Origin: an uncultured Spirochaetota bacterium
Lineage (GTDB): Bacteria > Spirochaetota > Spirochaetia > SZUA-6 > Fen-1364
DNA length: 64,000 nt
Direction of reading: 5' to 3'
Assembly (NCBI GenBank): GCA_963845535.1
Contig: CAWJSK010000012.1
Span: forward strand, 880,431 to 944,430
Within the stretch, counting starts at the first letter, position 1. Every line of letters starts with the position of its first letter. This document shows, one piece after another, positions 10,292 to 20,327 of the stretch. The notes under the pieces were generated by a model. That model did not search any database, was not told where the DNA came from, and was given only the letters and a program-made list of their open reading frames with translations. Made by a program: the position numbers and the translations under genes.

Positions 10292-11173
10292 TCAAGCCCC
10301 CGCATTCCGTGAGGCCTCGGAGCCTTTGCCCGCGGTGTCGCGAAACCAGTCGATCAGCCGGCGGGCAACCGTCATGGGGCCAGGGATCTCGGGGAGCTGG
10401 TCGGCGCCGTACCAGTCTGCTTCCATGATTTCCGAGGCGTCGACGACGATCTCCCCGCGGGCGTGATCAGCGGTAAAGGCAACCATCAGCGAATGGGGGA
10501 ACGGCCAGGGCTGGCTTCCAAAGTAGCGCAGGTTGGAGATTTCGATGCCGGTCTCTTCGCGCACCTCGCGGTGCACGCATTCTTCCAGCGTCTCCCCCGG
10601 CTCCACGTAGCCCGCCAGCACGCTGCGCAGTCCCGGCGGGAAGCGGGCCGCGCGAGCGAGCAGGATCCGCCCGTCCCGCACCACGGCCACGATGATGGCG
10701 GGGGAGATGCGAGGGTAGCTGAGGCTGCCGCACGCGGGGCATTCCCGCGCCCGCTCACCCGTTCGAAGCGTCGTGGCCGTACCGCACTTCCCGCAAAAGC
10801 GGTGGGACAGGTCCCAGTCCACCACCTCCAACGCGCGCGCGGCCACCGTAAAGAAGGAATAAGAGATGCCGTCGAACAAGGACCGCAAGCCCTCGAAACG
10901 AAACCCTTCGGGAGCCGGCGCTCCGAGCGGGACACTTGCGGCCATGCAGACGCGACCTTGCGCGGTCCCCAGGACGTGGCAGCCGTCCGCGGCAAATCCG
11001 AGAGAGCGCAAGTCTTCGGTCAACGGGAGGCAGGGCTCTCCGTCGTTGGCCGTGACAAGAACGGAGCTTCCCCGGCAGACGAACCAGAGCTGTGGCCCTT
11101 GCGCAAGCGCATCCATTCCGGGAACGAAGCTATCAAAAGAGGAGAGTTGACCGACCGGCTCATTATTGCCCAC
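10292..11173 (-). CDS. nudC: NADH pyrophosphatase
   Basis: Zn ribbon (FCGKCG..CPAC), Nudix box GYVEPGETLEECVHREVREETG, SQPWPFP. Confidence 0.93.
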   Translation of the reverse strand: MGNNEPVGQLSSFDSFVPGMDALAQGPQLWFVCRGSSVLVTANDGEPCLPLTEDLRSLGFAADGCHVLGTAQGRVCMAASVPLGAPAPEGFRFEGLRSLFDGISYSFFTVAARALEVVDWDLSHRFCGKCGTATTLRTGERARECPACGSLSYPRISPAIIVAVVRDGRILLARAARFPPGLRSVLAGYVEPGETLEECVHREVREETGIEISNLRYFGSQPWPFPHSLMVAFTADHARGEIVVDASEIMEADWYGADQLPEIPGPMTVARRLIDWFRDTAGKGSEASRNAGA

Positions 11174-11248
11174 TCATCGACCTTAGCAACAAAAGAGATC
11201 AATGGAAAGTGCGTCATAACGGTTCAAGCTGTGCTTAAATAATCCTAA

Positions 11249-11267
11249 TTGTGTCGAAATGACACAA
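11249..11267. promoter_or_regulatory. Palindrome, candidate enhancer (bEBP) site upstream of hsp20
   Basis: TTGTGTC-GAAAT-GACACAA, a perfect 7-bp inverted repeat about 90-100 bp upstream of the -24 box. Confidence 0.5.
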
Positions 11268-11355
11268 AATACGTTATTTGTTGACGAAGGCCTCAAATCC
11301 TGATAATTGAGTTATTCACTTATATAGAAATGAATTACGATGTTTATTCAAGTCT

Positions 11356-11371
11356 TGGCATGCTTCCTGCA
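11356..11371 (+). promoter_or_regulatory. Sigma54 (-24/-12) promoter of hsp20
   Basis: TGGCATGCTTCCTGCA with GG at 11357-58 and GC at 11369-70. Confidence 0.65.
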
Positions 11372-11412
11372 TAACAATTGTCGAGATTCATGAAACCGAT
11401 AGGAGGTGCAAT

Positions 11413-11838
11413 ATGAACCTTATTCGCTATTCACCAAACGCGCTGGACTTTCTGGACAACGTTTCCAGCTGGTTCGACGACATGTTCACCGAGCCGGTTT
11501 TCGGTCACTCCGGGGTGCCCGCGGTCGACGTAAAGGAAACCGGCGCCGAGTACCTTATGGAGGTGGAGCTTCCCGGGCTGTCCGAGAAGGACGTGGACGT
11601 GAAGCTGGACAACAATCTGCTCACGATCTCCTCCAGCAAGGAAGACAAGAAAGAGGAGAAGAAGGACGGCTACCTCATGCGCGAGCGCAGGTCTTCCAGC
11701 TTTGCCAGGAGCTTCGTGCTTCCGGAAGGGATCGACAGGGAGAAGATTTCCGCCGAGTTCAAGAACGGGATCCTCACCCTCTCCTTTCCCAAGACACCGG
11801 CCGCGCAGCCCAAGACGATCGAAGTAAAGAAGAGCTAA
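11413..11838 (+). CDS. Hsp20/alpha-crystallin small heat-shock protein
   Basis: PAVDVKET, ELPG, RERRSSSFARSFVLP and AEFKNGILTL motifs; AGGAGG RBS. Confidence 0.95.
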   Translation: MNLIRYSPNALDFLDNVSSWFDDMFTEPVFGHSGVPAVDVKETGAEYLMEVELPGLSEKDVDVKLDNNLLTISSSKEDKKEEKKDGYLMRERRSSSFARSFVLPEGIDREKISAEFKNGILTLSFPKTPAAQPKTIEVKKS

Positions 11839-11869
11839 AACGTTCATACTCGAGAAAGTGCAGAATCAA

Positions 11870-11908
11870 GCCTCCCTCGCCGCCGCGCGACTGAGGGAGG
11901 CGGTTTTT
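11870..11908 (+). terminator. Intrinsic terminator between convergent hsp20 and rhaB
   Basis: GCCTCCCTC...GAGGGAGGC stem followed by GGTTTTT. Confidence 0.6.
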
Positions 11909-13413
11909 CATTTCACAATCGTCCTGAACTTCACATAGGCTTTTTCCCAGGTGTCCCGCTCCCGTGGGGCGAACTCTTTTATCGGGAATGCCGCGCGTAT
12001 CATGCTCTTTGCCTCGGAAAGCTTGCCAATGATCCCCAGCCCCAGGGCTTGCACCATCGCGTTGCCAACCGCGGTCGCCTCCTCCGGGCCGGCCACGACC
12101 TTCACGCCGCAGGCGTTTGCCGTCAACTGGTTGAGGAGAGCGTTCTTCGAGCCGCCGCCCACGATGTGAACCACCGAATAGGGCTTGCCGCTCACGGCGC
12201 CGATCTGCTCCCCGACCACCCGGTATTTCAAGGCAAGGCTCTCGTAGACCACGCGAAGCATGGTGCCCCGGTCCCGCGGCGGCTCCTGTCCGGTCCGCCG
12301 GCAGAAGGCGTTGATCGCCTCCTCCATGTTCGACGGGTTGTAGAACCCCGGATCATCAGGATCGATGAAGGCCGCGCGCGGCGTCCCCTTCTCCGTCAGG
12401 CGGTTCATCTCCTCCCAGTCCAGCTCCTTCCCATCCCGCGCCCGCCACGCGCGGCGAAGCTCCTGCACGAGCCAGGTGCCCATGCAGTTCTTCAGCAGCC
12501 GGATGTTGCCGATCCCGCCCTCGTTGCTGATGTTGACGGCCATGGCCTCGGCGTTCGTGATGGGCTTTCGAACGAGCTTGCCCACGAGGGACCAGGTCCC
12601 CGAGCTGATGATGAGGGCGTTCGCTGGATTGCCGATGGGCGCGGCGGCGTACGCGCTTGCCGTATCATGGGACCCCACGGCAATGATCCGGGCCCGTTTG
12701 AGGCCGACGGATGCTGCGAGCTCCGGCCGCATCTCCCCGAGCACGGCCCCGGGCGCCACGATCTCGGGCATGAGCCACGCTGGGATGCCGAGGGCCTTCA
12801 GGATCTCGCGGCTCCATTTGCGCTTCTTGGAATCCATGAGCTGCGTGACGCTGGCCCAGGAAGAATCCACCGCTGTCCCGCCGCCAAGGTAATAGGTGAA
12901 AAGGGAGGTGATGGGAAGAAAGCGCACGCCCTTCTTCACCAGGCTGGAACGGTTCTGCATGAGCCAGAGAAGCTGGTTCGACACGTTGAAGGGTTGGAAG
13001 TGGATCCCGGTGATCTCGTAGATGCGCTTGGGATCAAGCCGGGCTTTCACCTGGTCTATCATGCCGTCCAGGCGGTGGTCGCGGTAGCAGTAGACGGGGC
13101 CCAGCGTGACGCCGTCCTCATTGACGAGCGCGCCGTCCGTTCCCCAGGCGTCGACCCCAACGGAATCGGCAGTGTCGCCGATCTCGCGCCGGTAGGCCCG
13201 AAGGCCCTGGACGATCTGGGCGTAGATGTACAGCTCATCCCAGAGCGTCCGCTCCTCCACCGTGCCCGAGCGGTCGGCAAGATACACCGTTGCCGGCTCA
13301 TGGCTGAACCGATGGATTTCACGGAGCGTGAACCCGTTCCCGTCGAACGCACCGACGAAACATTTGCCGCCCGAGGCGCCGATATCCACTGCAACGACTT
13401 TTGCGTTTTCCAC
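11908..13413 (-). CDS. rhaB: Rhamnulokinase / FGGY carbohydrate kinase
   Basis: DIGASGG, YRDHR, GSHDTASA, SSGTWSL, NEGG and GGGSKN motifs. Confidence 0.82.
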   Translation of the reverse strand: MENAKVVAVDIGASGGKCFVGAFDGNGFTLREIHRFSHEPATVYLADRSGTVEERTLWDELYIYAQIVQGLRAYRREIGDTADSVGVDAWGTDGALVNEDGVTLGPVYCYRDHRLDGMIDQVKARLDPKRIYEITGIHFQPFNVSNQLLWLMQNRSSLVKKGVRFLPITSLFTYYLGGGTAVDSSWASVTQLMDSKKRKWSREILKALGIPAWLMPEIVAPGAVLGEMRPELAASVGLKRARIIAVGSHDTASAYAAAPIGNPANALIISSGTWSLVGKLVRKPITNAEAMAVNISNEGGIGNIRLLKNCMGTWLVQELRRAWRARDGKELDWEEMNRLTEKGTPRAAFIDPDDPGFYNPSNMEEAINAFCRRTGQEPPRDRGTMLRVVYESLALKYRVVGEQIGAVSGKPYSVVHIVGGGSKNALLNQLTANACGVKVVAGPEEATAVGNAMVQALGLGIIGKLSEAKSMIRAAFPIKEFAPRERDTWEKAYVKFRTIVK

Positions 13414-13465
13414 ACCCCACCTCCCTTACGGTGCAAGACGGTATCACCCGGACCGCGGAGAGACA

Positions 13466-13499
13466 AGCTTGACCCCGCCTGAGCTTGACCCCGCCTGAG
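13466..13499 (+). repeat. 16-bp tandem duplication containing a -35-like TTGACC
   Basis: AGCTTGACCCCGCCTG x2. The second TTGACC (13485) lies 17 bp from TATTTT (13508). Confidence 0.8.
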
Positions 13500-13522
13500 A
13501 GGGCAGCTATTTTCAGGGCACC

Positions 13523-14089
13523 ATGGGCCCGATATTCAATCGGCTTGCTGAATCCATCAGCTCCACCTGGAGGCTCCTCTCGGACACCACCAACTTCCTG
13601 AGCCGGGTGAAGCTGCTCGACCAGTACGAGACGGAGTTGCGGGGCTGGCGCGAGCGCCTTTCGCGAAACCGCAACAACCCGCAGGTGGCGCGGGAAATCC
13701 GTGATGATATCGTGGCTCTTCGAAAGCTGCTGCGTTCCCGCGGGTACGACCTGCGCCTCGGTTCCAAGGACATTATCATCGAGGGATGGAGGCACGACGA
13801 CGCCATGGCGGAGGGCTTCCGGCGGATCGTTCTGGGCGCCGCGGAAGACGACGTGTACTACGTGGCCGGGGACGCCAACCACAATGACCTTGCCGAGGCG
13901 CTGGAGAGCCAGTGTCGGGCCCGCCGCGGCTGCAAGCCCTTCTCCCTGCACTGCCTCTGGTACCGCTGGCGCACCAACGTCCTCGTCCTTTCGGGGGCCG
14001 CGTCGGAGACCGCCGAACAGTTCGAGGAGTTTCGACGCTACTTCGACATCAACAAGGACCTGCTTCTGAGAAAACTTTCCGGACTGTGA
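13523..14089 (+). CDS. Hypothetical protein
   Basis: 188-aa ORF with host-like codon usage and a promoter-like element upstream. Confidence 0.7.
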   Translation: MGPIFNRLAESISSTWRLLSDTTNFLSRVKLLDQYETELRGWRERLSRNRNNPQVAREIRDDIVALRKLLRSRGYDLRLGSKDIIIEGWRHDDAMAEGFRRIVLGAAEDDVYYVAGDANHNDLAEALESQCRARRGCKPFSLHCLWYRWRTNVLVLSGAASETAEQFEEFRRYFDINKDLLLRKLSGL

Positions 14090-14105
14090 GGGCTTCAGCC
14101 CGTTC

Positions 14106-15059
14106 CTACTTCGGCTGGTGATCGGGACAGAACGTGTGGGAAAAGAGCATCCCGGTCTTGCGCGCCACGTAGTCCGCCAGGGGCAGCCACTCCTCGTTCT
14201 CTCCCTCCGCCACGCGGATGCGCCGGCATACCGAACAGATGGGAAGGATGTGCTGCACCTGGCGCGCGAGGTCCCGGAGCAGCACGAGCTCGGTCACGTC
14301 GCGGGCAATTCCCTGCGTGCCCTGCATGCTTTCCGGCACGGGCCCGCCCGGACCGCCGGGAATCTGCGGCCCCAGCCCGAACGCGCTGAGGGAAACGTAA
14401 ATGAAATCCAGGTCGAACTGGCGCTGCGCGCCCGCCTTGCTCGTGAGCCTGATCTGCAGGTTCCTGGTGGCGCGCTGGGAGCGCCGGCGCTCCCGCAAGG
14501 GCCAGTAGGCGATCTGCCGATCCTCGGGATGCACGATGTCCACCAGCTCCTTGCCCAGCAGCTCCTCCTTCGAGTAGCCCAGGAGCGTTTCCACCGTGTC
14601 GTTGATGAAGATCGTGCGACCGGCCGAATCCAGCACATAAATGATGGCAGGGGAGTGTTCGACGAGGCCGCGGTACAGCATGTCCATGCGGTCGAGCTGC
14701 TCCTGAAGCTGGACTTTGATGGTGGTGTCGCGGAAGACGAGGAGCCATCCCGTGAGCTTCCCCGCGTCATACCGGGGCACGGTGATGAGCTCTGTCGGTA
14801 TCTCCATGCCGAAGTTGGTCTGCAGCCGTATGGGGAGCCCTGGCAGAATGGAGCCTGATCTCTCGATGGAGAAGATTGCCTGGAGATCCTTCAGGGAGGC
14901 AGGGGCGATGATCGAGTCGAGGTGGTAGCCCACCACGTCGTCCTGGCGAAAGCCGGTGATCTCCTCCGCGGCCTTGTTCCAGAAAAGGAGCACCCCTTCC
15001 TCGTCGCAGAGCGCCACTATCTCCTGCAGCTCATTAGGGTCAATGTTCACGTGTGTCAC
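14106..15059 (-). CDS. Double PAS-domain protein with C-terminal Cys/His motif
   Basis: WNKAAEEITG, LLGYSKEEL..VHPED and ICSVCRRIR..SHTFCPDH motifs. Confidence 0.85.
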   Translation of the reverse strand: MTHVNIDPNELQEIVALCDEEGVLLFWNKAAEEITGFRQDDVVGYHLDSIIAPASLKDLQAIFSIERSGSILPGLPIRLQTNFGMEIPTELITVPRYDAGKLTGWLLVFRDTTIKVQLQEQLDRMDMLYRGLVEHSPAIIYVLDSAGRTIFINDTVETLLGYSKEELLGKELVDIVHPEDRQIAYWPLRERRRSQRATRNLQIRLTSKAGAQRQFDLDFIYVSLSAFGLGPQIPGGPGGPVPESMQGTQGIARDVTELVLLRDLARQVQHILPICSVCRRIRVAEGENEEWLPLADYVARKTGMLFSHTFCPDHQPK

Positions 15060-15186
15060 CCTGGTCGATCTCGATTATGGACCGGGGCCGGTGTTTGTTC
15101 AAGCTTGACAGGATATTCACATTTTGTAAAATCATGCTATTCGCGGCATTATTCAGGCCAGGCAGCCGGGAGTCGACCTCGCCCTT

Positions 15187-16407
15187 TTGAAAAAGCTCGG
15201 CGCCGAGTACCAGACGGCTACGCATCTCCCTCTCCTCCTCGTGGACGCCCGGGGCCGCACGCTCTGGCTCCTGGGGGGCTGTCAATTGTGTGCCCGGCTG
15301 TCCACATCTCCCCGGCGGGAGAAGCTGTGCGCCGACCATGAACGGCGCGCCGTGGAGGAATCCCTTCGATGGGGAGAACCGTACATCTCCGTCTGTCCTT
15401 TCGGGCTCGTCACCTTCGCCGTCCCGCTGTCCCGGGAAAAGAAGCTTATTGCGGGACTGGTGAGCGGTTTCTGCATCTTCCCCCAGATGCAGAAGGACAT
15501 CCGTGAGGAAATCGTCAGCAGCATCCGTCGCTTCCGCCTGAAAGCGCGCATTTCCCCCCGGTCCCGGCTCTCCTTCCCCATCGTCACTTCCGAGCAGCTG
15601 CGCCGGAACGCTTCCCGCCTTTTCGACTTGACCGGCAGGTATGGCCTCAATGACCTGGAGCTCATCCATGAGAGCAGGGAGCGAAGCATCCAGCAGTTCA
15701 CCATTGCAAACTTCCTGGAGGATGCCCGCAAGGAGAACCAGGACCTCGTCTCGTCCCTCGTGCGCATGCAGAATGAGATCATCGACAAGGTCGTGCTGGG
15801 GGATTTGAGCGGTTCGCGGGAGATCGTCAACCGCTACCTCGGGGCCATCCTCCTGGAGACCGGCATGAACTTCAACCGGCTGAAGGTCCGGCTCCTGGAG
15901 TTGATCGTCATCATCTCGCGCTCGGCCATCGAAAAGGGGATCAGCGCGGACGGGCTCCTGGGCCCGCGCTACGCCTACCTGACGGACATCAACGCGGCGG
16001 GCAACTTCGACGACCTCTTCTGGAAGGTCACGAAGGTCCTGGAGAACTTCAACAGGACGGTCTCCGGGGAGGTCGGCCGCAAGTCATGGGCGCACATGAC
16101 GAAGATGAAGGACTACGTCCAGAAGCATTTCACGGAGAAAGTGTCTGCGGCGGAGGTCGCGGCGGCCGCGGGGCTGAGCATCAGCCGGGCGCTGCACCTT
16201 TTCCGCAAGGAATGCGGGGTGTCGCTTTCGTCATTCATTGCCCGCCGCCGGGTGGATTTTGCCAGGTACCTGCTCTCCCACACCGACCGCAGCATTGCCG
16301 CAATCGCCTCCGACTGCGGGTTCTTCGACCAGAGCCACTTCTCCAAGACGTTCGCTTCGCTGGAGGGAGTCCCGCCGCTCAGGTACCGAACGAGAATCAA
16401 GGGGTAA
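15187..16407 (+). CDS. AraC-family regulator with PocR-like sensor domain (start uncertain)
   Basis: N-terminal Cys-containing PocR-like region (CPFGL); C-terminal IASDCGFFDQSHFSKTF; TTGACA-N16-TAAAAT at 15105-15132. Confidence 0.88.
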   Translation: MKKLGAEYQTATHLPLLLVDARGRTLWLLGGCQLCARLSTSPRREKLCADHERRAVEESLRWGEPYISVCPFGLVTFAVPLSREKKLIAGLVSGFCIFPQMQKDIREEIVSSIRRFRLKARISPRSRLSFPIVTSEQLRRNASRLFDLTGRYGLNDLELIHESRERSIQQFTIANFLEDARKENQDLVSSLVRMQNEIIDKVVLGDLSGSREIVNRYLGAILLETGMNFNRLKVRLLELIVIISRSAIEKGISADGLLGPRYAYLTDINAAGNFDDLFWKVTKVLENFNRTVSGEVGRKSWAHMTKMKDYVQKHFTEKVSAAEVAAAAGLSISRALHLFRKECGVSLSSFIARRRVDFARYLLSHTDRSIAAIASDCGFFDQSHFSKTFASLEGVPPLRYRTRIKG

Positions 16408-16408
16408 G

Positions 16409-17509
16409 CTACGGGGCATTCGCCAGGCCGCGCTCCACCTCGTGCTTTTCAAGGGCGAGTTGGATGAGCCTGTCGATCAACTCCGGGGAGGAAAGCCCTG
16501 ATGCCTCCCAGAGCTTCGGGTACATGCTGATGCGCGTGAAGCCCGGGATCGTGTTGATCTCATTGACGAGCACCTCACCCGAATCGCGAAGGAACATGTC
16601 CACGCGCGCCATCCCATTGCAGCACAGGACCTTGAAAGCCCGCAGCGCCAGGTCCCGCACCGCTTCGGTGGTCGGCGCAGGAAGCGGAGCCGGGATCAGG
16701 AGGGCGGCTCCGTTTTCGTCGATATACTTCGCCTCATAGTCGTAGAAGTCGTGGCCGGCGCCCGTGCGGATCTCGCCAGGAACGGAAGCGATGGGCTCCG
16801 CGTTGCCCAGGACGGCGCATTCGAGCTCCCTCCCGGCAACGCGCTCCTCGACGATGACTTTCGTGTCGAAGCGGAATGCCGCCAGCACGGCGCGCTCATA
16901 ATCCTCCGGACTGCCCGCCATGCTGACGCCGACCGAGGATCCCAGATTTGCCGGCTTCACGAACACCGGCGCGCCAAGCGCGTCCACCGCTTCGGGGAAA
17001 GGTACCTGCGGTTCGCGTCGGCGAAGAACAAGGAACTTGGGAATGGGTATTCCGGCATCCCGCAAGAGCCGCTTCATGATGTCTTTGTCCATCCCCACCG
17101 CGGAGCCCAGGATGCCGGCGCCCACGCAGGGGAGGTTCGCAAGCTTGCACAGCCCCTGGATGGAGCCGTCCTCACCGTACGGTCCGTGGAGGACCGGAAA
17201 GACGACATCAATGATCGCGGACTCTCCGCGGCCGGACAGGTCGAGGAGGCTGCTGTGGCGGCCCCGCGTGACAAGGGCGACCTCTGATGAGCCCGAAGTC
17301 GAGAGATTGGGCAGCGGCCGGGAAGCATCGAAGAGCTGGCGCGTCTCTTCCTGTCGGAACCATCGCCCTTCCCGGTCGACCCCAATGAGGACGGGCTCGT
17401 ACTTCGCCGGGTCCAGGGCATCTATCACGTTCCTCGCGGACTGCAGCGAAACCTCATGCTCCGCGGACCTGCCTCCGAATACGATGCCTACCCTGACCTT
17501 GCGCGACAT
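16409..17509 (-). CDS. ddl: D-alanine--D-alanine ligase
   Basis: FGGRSAEHEVS, LHGPYGEDG, GSSVG, NEINTIPGFT and SMYP motifs. Confidence 0.96.
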   Translation of the reverse strand: MSRKVRVGIVFGGRSAEHEVSLQSARNVIDALDPAKYEPVLIGVDREGRWFRQEETRQLFDASRPLPNLSTSGSSEVALVTRGRHSSLLDLSGRGESAIIDVVFPVLHGPYGEDGSIQGLCKLANLPCVGAGILGSAVGMDKDIMKRLLRDAGIPIPKFLVLRRREPQVPFPEAVDALGAPVFVKPANLGSSVGVSMAGSPEDYERAVLAAFRFDTKVIVEERVAGRELECAVLGNAEPIASVPGEIRTGAGHDFYDYEAKYIDENGAALLIPAPLPAPTTEAVRDLALRAFKVLCCNGMARVDMFLRDSGEVLVNEINTIPGFTRISMYPKLWEASGLSSPELIDRLIQLALEKHEVERGLANAP

Positions 17510-17591
17510 GAGCGCAGGGTACGCGCGCGCAGATCCCCTGTCCATGGGCCTTGCTCTTGCCTCGGTTTCCACCGGACCGTACCCTCTCGGC

Positions 17592-18389
17592 ATGGAGACT
17601 GAGATCCGCTTCGAGCACGTTTCCTTCCATTATGATGAGTCTCCGCCAGGGGAGAAGGTATTCACTGACCTGACCTTGGACCTGCCTCGCGGAATCATAT
17701 CGCTTGTGGGGCAGAATGGTTGCGGCAAGTCGACTTTCCTCATGCTCGCCGGAGGGGTCCTTCTTCCGAACGAAGGGAGCGTCCACATCCGCGGGCAGGA
17801 TACCGCGGCGCTGCAGGACGAGGGTGCGCGCCATCGCGTCGCCTCCATCATCTATCAGAATCTCGAGTTCGAAACGGAAAAGCCCATCGGGGAGCTTTTG
17901 AATGACGTGCACGCCCTCGGGTTTCGCGAAAGCAAGAACCCGGAGTTTGTCCGGGAGCTGATCGAGGTTTTCGAGCTTGCCCCGTTCCTCGGACGCAGGA
18001 CTCAGGAGGTGAGCAAAGGCGAGCTTCAGCGTACCATCCTGGCGTTCAGCCTCCTGTACGGGTCACCTCTGTTGTTGATGGATGAGCCGATCTTCGCGCT
18101 GGAGGATTCGCAGAAGGATCGTGCCATGCGGTACCTCTGCAATCACGCCCGGGAAAACGGCCTTTGTCTCCTGTACTCGCTGCACGAGCTGGACCTCTCC
18201 CAGAGGTATTCGGATTTCCTTCTGCTCTTTCCGCCGGGCGCTCCCCCCCAGATGGGAAGGACCGGGGATATGTTCACCCGGGAAAAAATCGAAGAAGCCT
18301 ACCAGGTCCCTTTCGTGATGCTGCGGCGCAAGGAGGAGCTTTTCCGACAACGGCTCATTGACGCGGACCGAGCCCGCCGCGGAAGGTGA
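17592..18389 (+). CDS. ABC transporter ATP-binding protein (degenerate signature)
   Basis: GQNGCGKST Walker A, VSKGELQR signature, LMDEP. Confidence 0.85.
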   Translation: METEIRFEHVSFHYDESPPGEKVFTDLTLDLPRGIISLVGQNGCGKSTFLMLAGGVLLPNEGSVHIRGQDTAALQDEGARHRVASIIYQNLEFETEKPIGELLNDVHALGFRESKNPEFVRELIEVFELAPFLGRRTQEVSKGELQRTILAFSLLYGSPLLLMDEPIFALEDSQKDRAMRYLCNHARENGLCLLYSLHELDLSQRYSDFLLLFPPGAPPQMGRTGDMFTREKIEEAYQVPFVMLRRKEELFRQRLIDADRARRGR

Positions 18390-19111
18390 GCGCCGTGCCC
18401 CCGGGAAGACCGCTGATCCTGGCCCACCGCGGCCTGCACGCCGTTCATCGGGAAAACTCGCTGGAAGCCTTCAGCGCTGCCTTCAATGCAAAGGCGGACG
18501 GCATTGAGTGCGACCTGCAGAAGTCTCCGCACGGCGAGTATGTGATTGTCCATGACCCTCCCGCGCCGGCTGAGGAGGGCTTTGAGCCCGGGCGCGCCAA
18601 CCCTGCCCCGCTCGAAGCCATGCTCGGCTCCCTCCCCCCGGGGGCCTTTCTCAACCTTGAGCTGAAATCCGAAACGCTCACTCCCGCGGACTGCGCCCCC
18701 ATTTTCGAGGCGCTCGGCCGCCGCCCAGGCCCCGGCGGGCTTCTCATCTCTTCCTTCGAGCCGGCGCTTCTCCCCTACTTCAAGGCTCACGGGGTGCCCA
18801 TCGGGCTTCTCATAGGGGAGGAGGCGGCAAAGCATGGAATGGCATGGATGGCCCGGCAGGTTTCCCGGCTCAAGCCTGATTACCTCAATCTGCCGATACT
18901 GATGTTTGAGGTCCTGGGAAAGCGCCGGGGGCTCCTCCTTGCGCTTCTCATGAGAGCCCTCGGCTTTTCGCTGGCATTCTGGACCGTCAACGGGGAAGAA
19001 GAGGTCCGCCTGGTGAAGAAGCTGGCTCGAATCATCATTACGGATGAGGTGCAAACCGTTCGGGGCGCGCTATCATTGTCTGAAAGGAGCCATCACGCAC
19101 ATGAAAGCTGA
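18386..19111 (+). CDS. Glycerophosphodiester phosphodiesterase family protein
   Basis: AHRG, ENSLEAF, IECD, NLELK, WTVN and IITD motifs. Confidence 0.88.
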   Translation: MSAVPPGRPLILAHRGLHAVHRENSLEAFSAAFNAKADGIECDLQKSPHGEYVIVHDPPAPAEEGFEPGRANPAPLEAMLGSLPPGAFLNLELKSETLTPADCAPIFEALGRRPGPGGLLISSFEPALLPYFKAHGVPIGLLIGEEAAKHGMAWMARQVSRLKPDYLNLPILMFEVLGKRRGLLLALLMRALGFSLAFWTVNGEEEVRLVKKLARIIITDEVQTVRGALSLSERSHHAHES

Positions 19112-19505
19112 GTCACTGAAGGTGTCGGCCGTGATCCCGGCAGCCCCGGAGGCAGTGTATGCGGCGTGGATGAGCAACAAGGAGCACGGGGCCATGACGA
19201 ACACGCCGGAGGCGCAGATCTCCGCCCGCGTGGGGGGCAAGTTCTCCGCCGGCGGCGGCTACATGTGGGGCACCACCCTGGAGCTGGACCCGCCGAAAAG
19301 GATCGTGCAGTTGTGGCGCACCACGGAGTTCCCTGAGGAAGCTCCTGACTCGCGGCTCGAGGTGGTCCTGGAAGCCGCGAAAGGCGGGACGAAGATTTCG
19401 ATCATTCAAACCGAAATCCCCGCCGGCCAGGGCGCGAGCTACCGGCAAGGGTGGATCGACTACTACTTCACGCCAATGAAGCAATACTTCGCGGGAAAGG
19501 GATAA
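19101..19505 (+). CDS. SRPBCC/AHSA1 domain protein
   Basis: APEAVYAAW, RIVQLWRT and GWIDYYF motifs. Confidence 0.85.
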   Translation: MKAESLKVSAVIPAAPEAVYAAWMSNKEHGAMTNTPEAQISARVGGKFSAGGGYMWGTTLELDPPKRIVQLWRTTEFPEEAPDSRLEVVLEAAKGGTKISIIQTEIPAGQGASYRQGWIDYYFTPMKQYFAGKG

Positions 19506-20327
19506 ATGCCGCATCAGCCTGAGGGGCGCCAGGCTCGGACTGCCGCGTTCGCCGCCGCCTTCATCATTCTTGGTCTCTCGATCTCACTGGGCTCGTGCGC
19601 CTCTTTCTCAGCGGACGGCGGGGAGTGGCATCCGATTGCCAACCCGTATCCGTCAACAGGCGGGCAGCCCGCCGCGGACTCAGGTTCGGGCGCGGGAGAC
19701 CGGACGGACGCGGTGGTCCGACCCGTTGCCAGCGCACCGGCTCCTGAGCGCGCCACGGAGGACCCCGCCGTGGTCACGCTGCGCGAGAAGCTCGTCGAAG
19801 GAGCCAATGCGGTCCTCGGCAGGAAAGAGCTCCTTATCCGAGGCAGGAGATTCACCATGGACTGCACGGGCACCGTCCTTGCAATCTACTGGTACGCCGG
19901 CATCGACCTGTCACAGGATTTCCCGACGCTCAGGGGAAGCGGCGTTTCGCGGATCTATCAGACGCTCCAGCGTCGTGACCTTCTCTACACGACCTCCCGT
20001 CCCCTTTCCGGGGACATCATCTTCTGGGACGACACCTACGACGAGGAAGGCTCCGAGGGTCGGCCCAATCCGCTCTCGCACATGGGCATGGTGGTGAGCG
20101 TAGATGGGGAGGGCACCATCTCCTACATTCACTATCACATCCGTCGGGGCATCACGATCGACCACATGAACCTGGAGAGCCCCAACGTGTTGAACCGTAT
20201 GGAGAACGGCAGCCTGAAGGTGATCAACTCCCCGCTTCGCCTCGCCGTACCGGGCAGGCCGCACCCGGCCCGGTGGCTCGCCGGCCAGCTCTACCGGATG
20301 ATGGGCCTTGGCTACCTGCTGGAATGA
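19506..20327 (+). CDS. NlpC/P60-CHAP-like lipoprotein
   Basis: Lipobox LGSC; DCTG, GDIIFWDDTY and SHMGMV motifs. Confidence 0.75.
   Translation: MPHQPEGRQARTAAFAAAFIILGLSISLGSCASFSADGGEWHPIANPYPSTGGQPAADSGSGAGDRTDAVVRPVASAPAPERATEDPAVVTLREKLVEGANAVLGRKELLIRGRRFTMDCTGTVLAIYWYAGIDLSQDFPTLRGSGVSRIYQTLQRRDLLYTTSRPLSGDIIFWDDTYDEEGSEGRPNPLSHMGMVVSVDGEGTISYIHYHIRRGITIDHMNLESPNVLNRMENGSLKVINSPLRLAVPGRPHPARWLAGQLYRMMGLGYLLE

Noticed and set aside
11183..11210. TTAGCA as a CIRCE half-site
   Set aside because: There is no matching GAGTGCTAA arm at 9-bp spacing.
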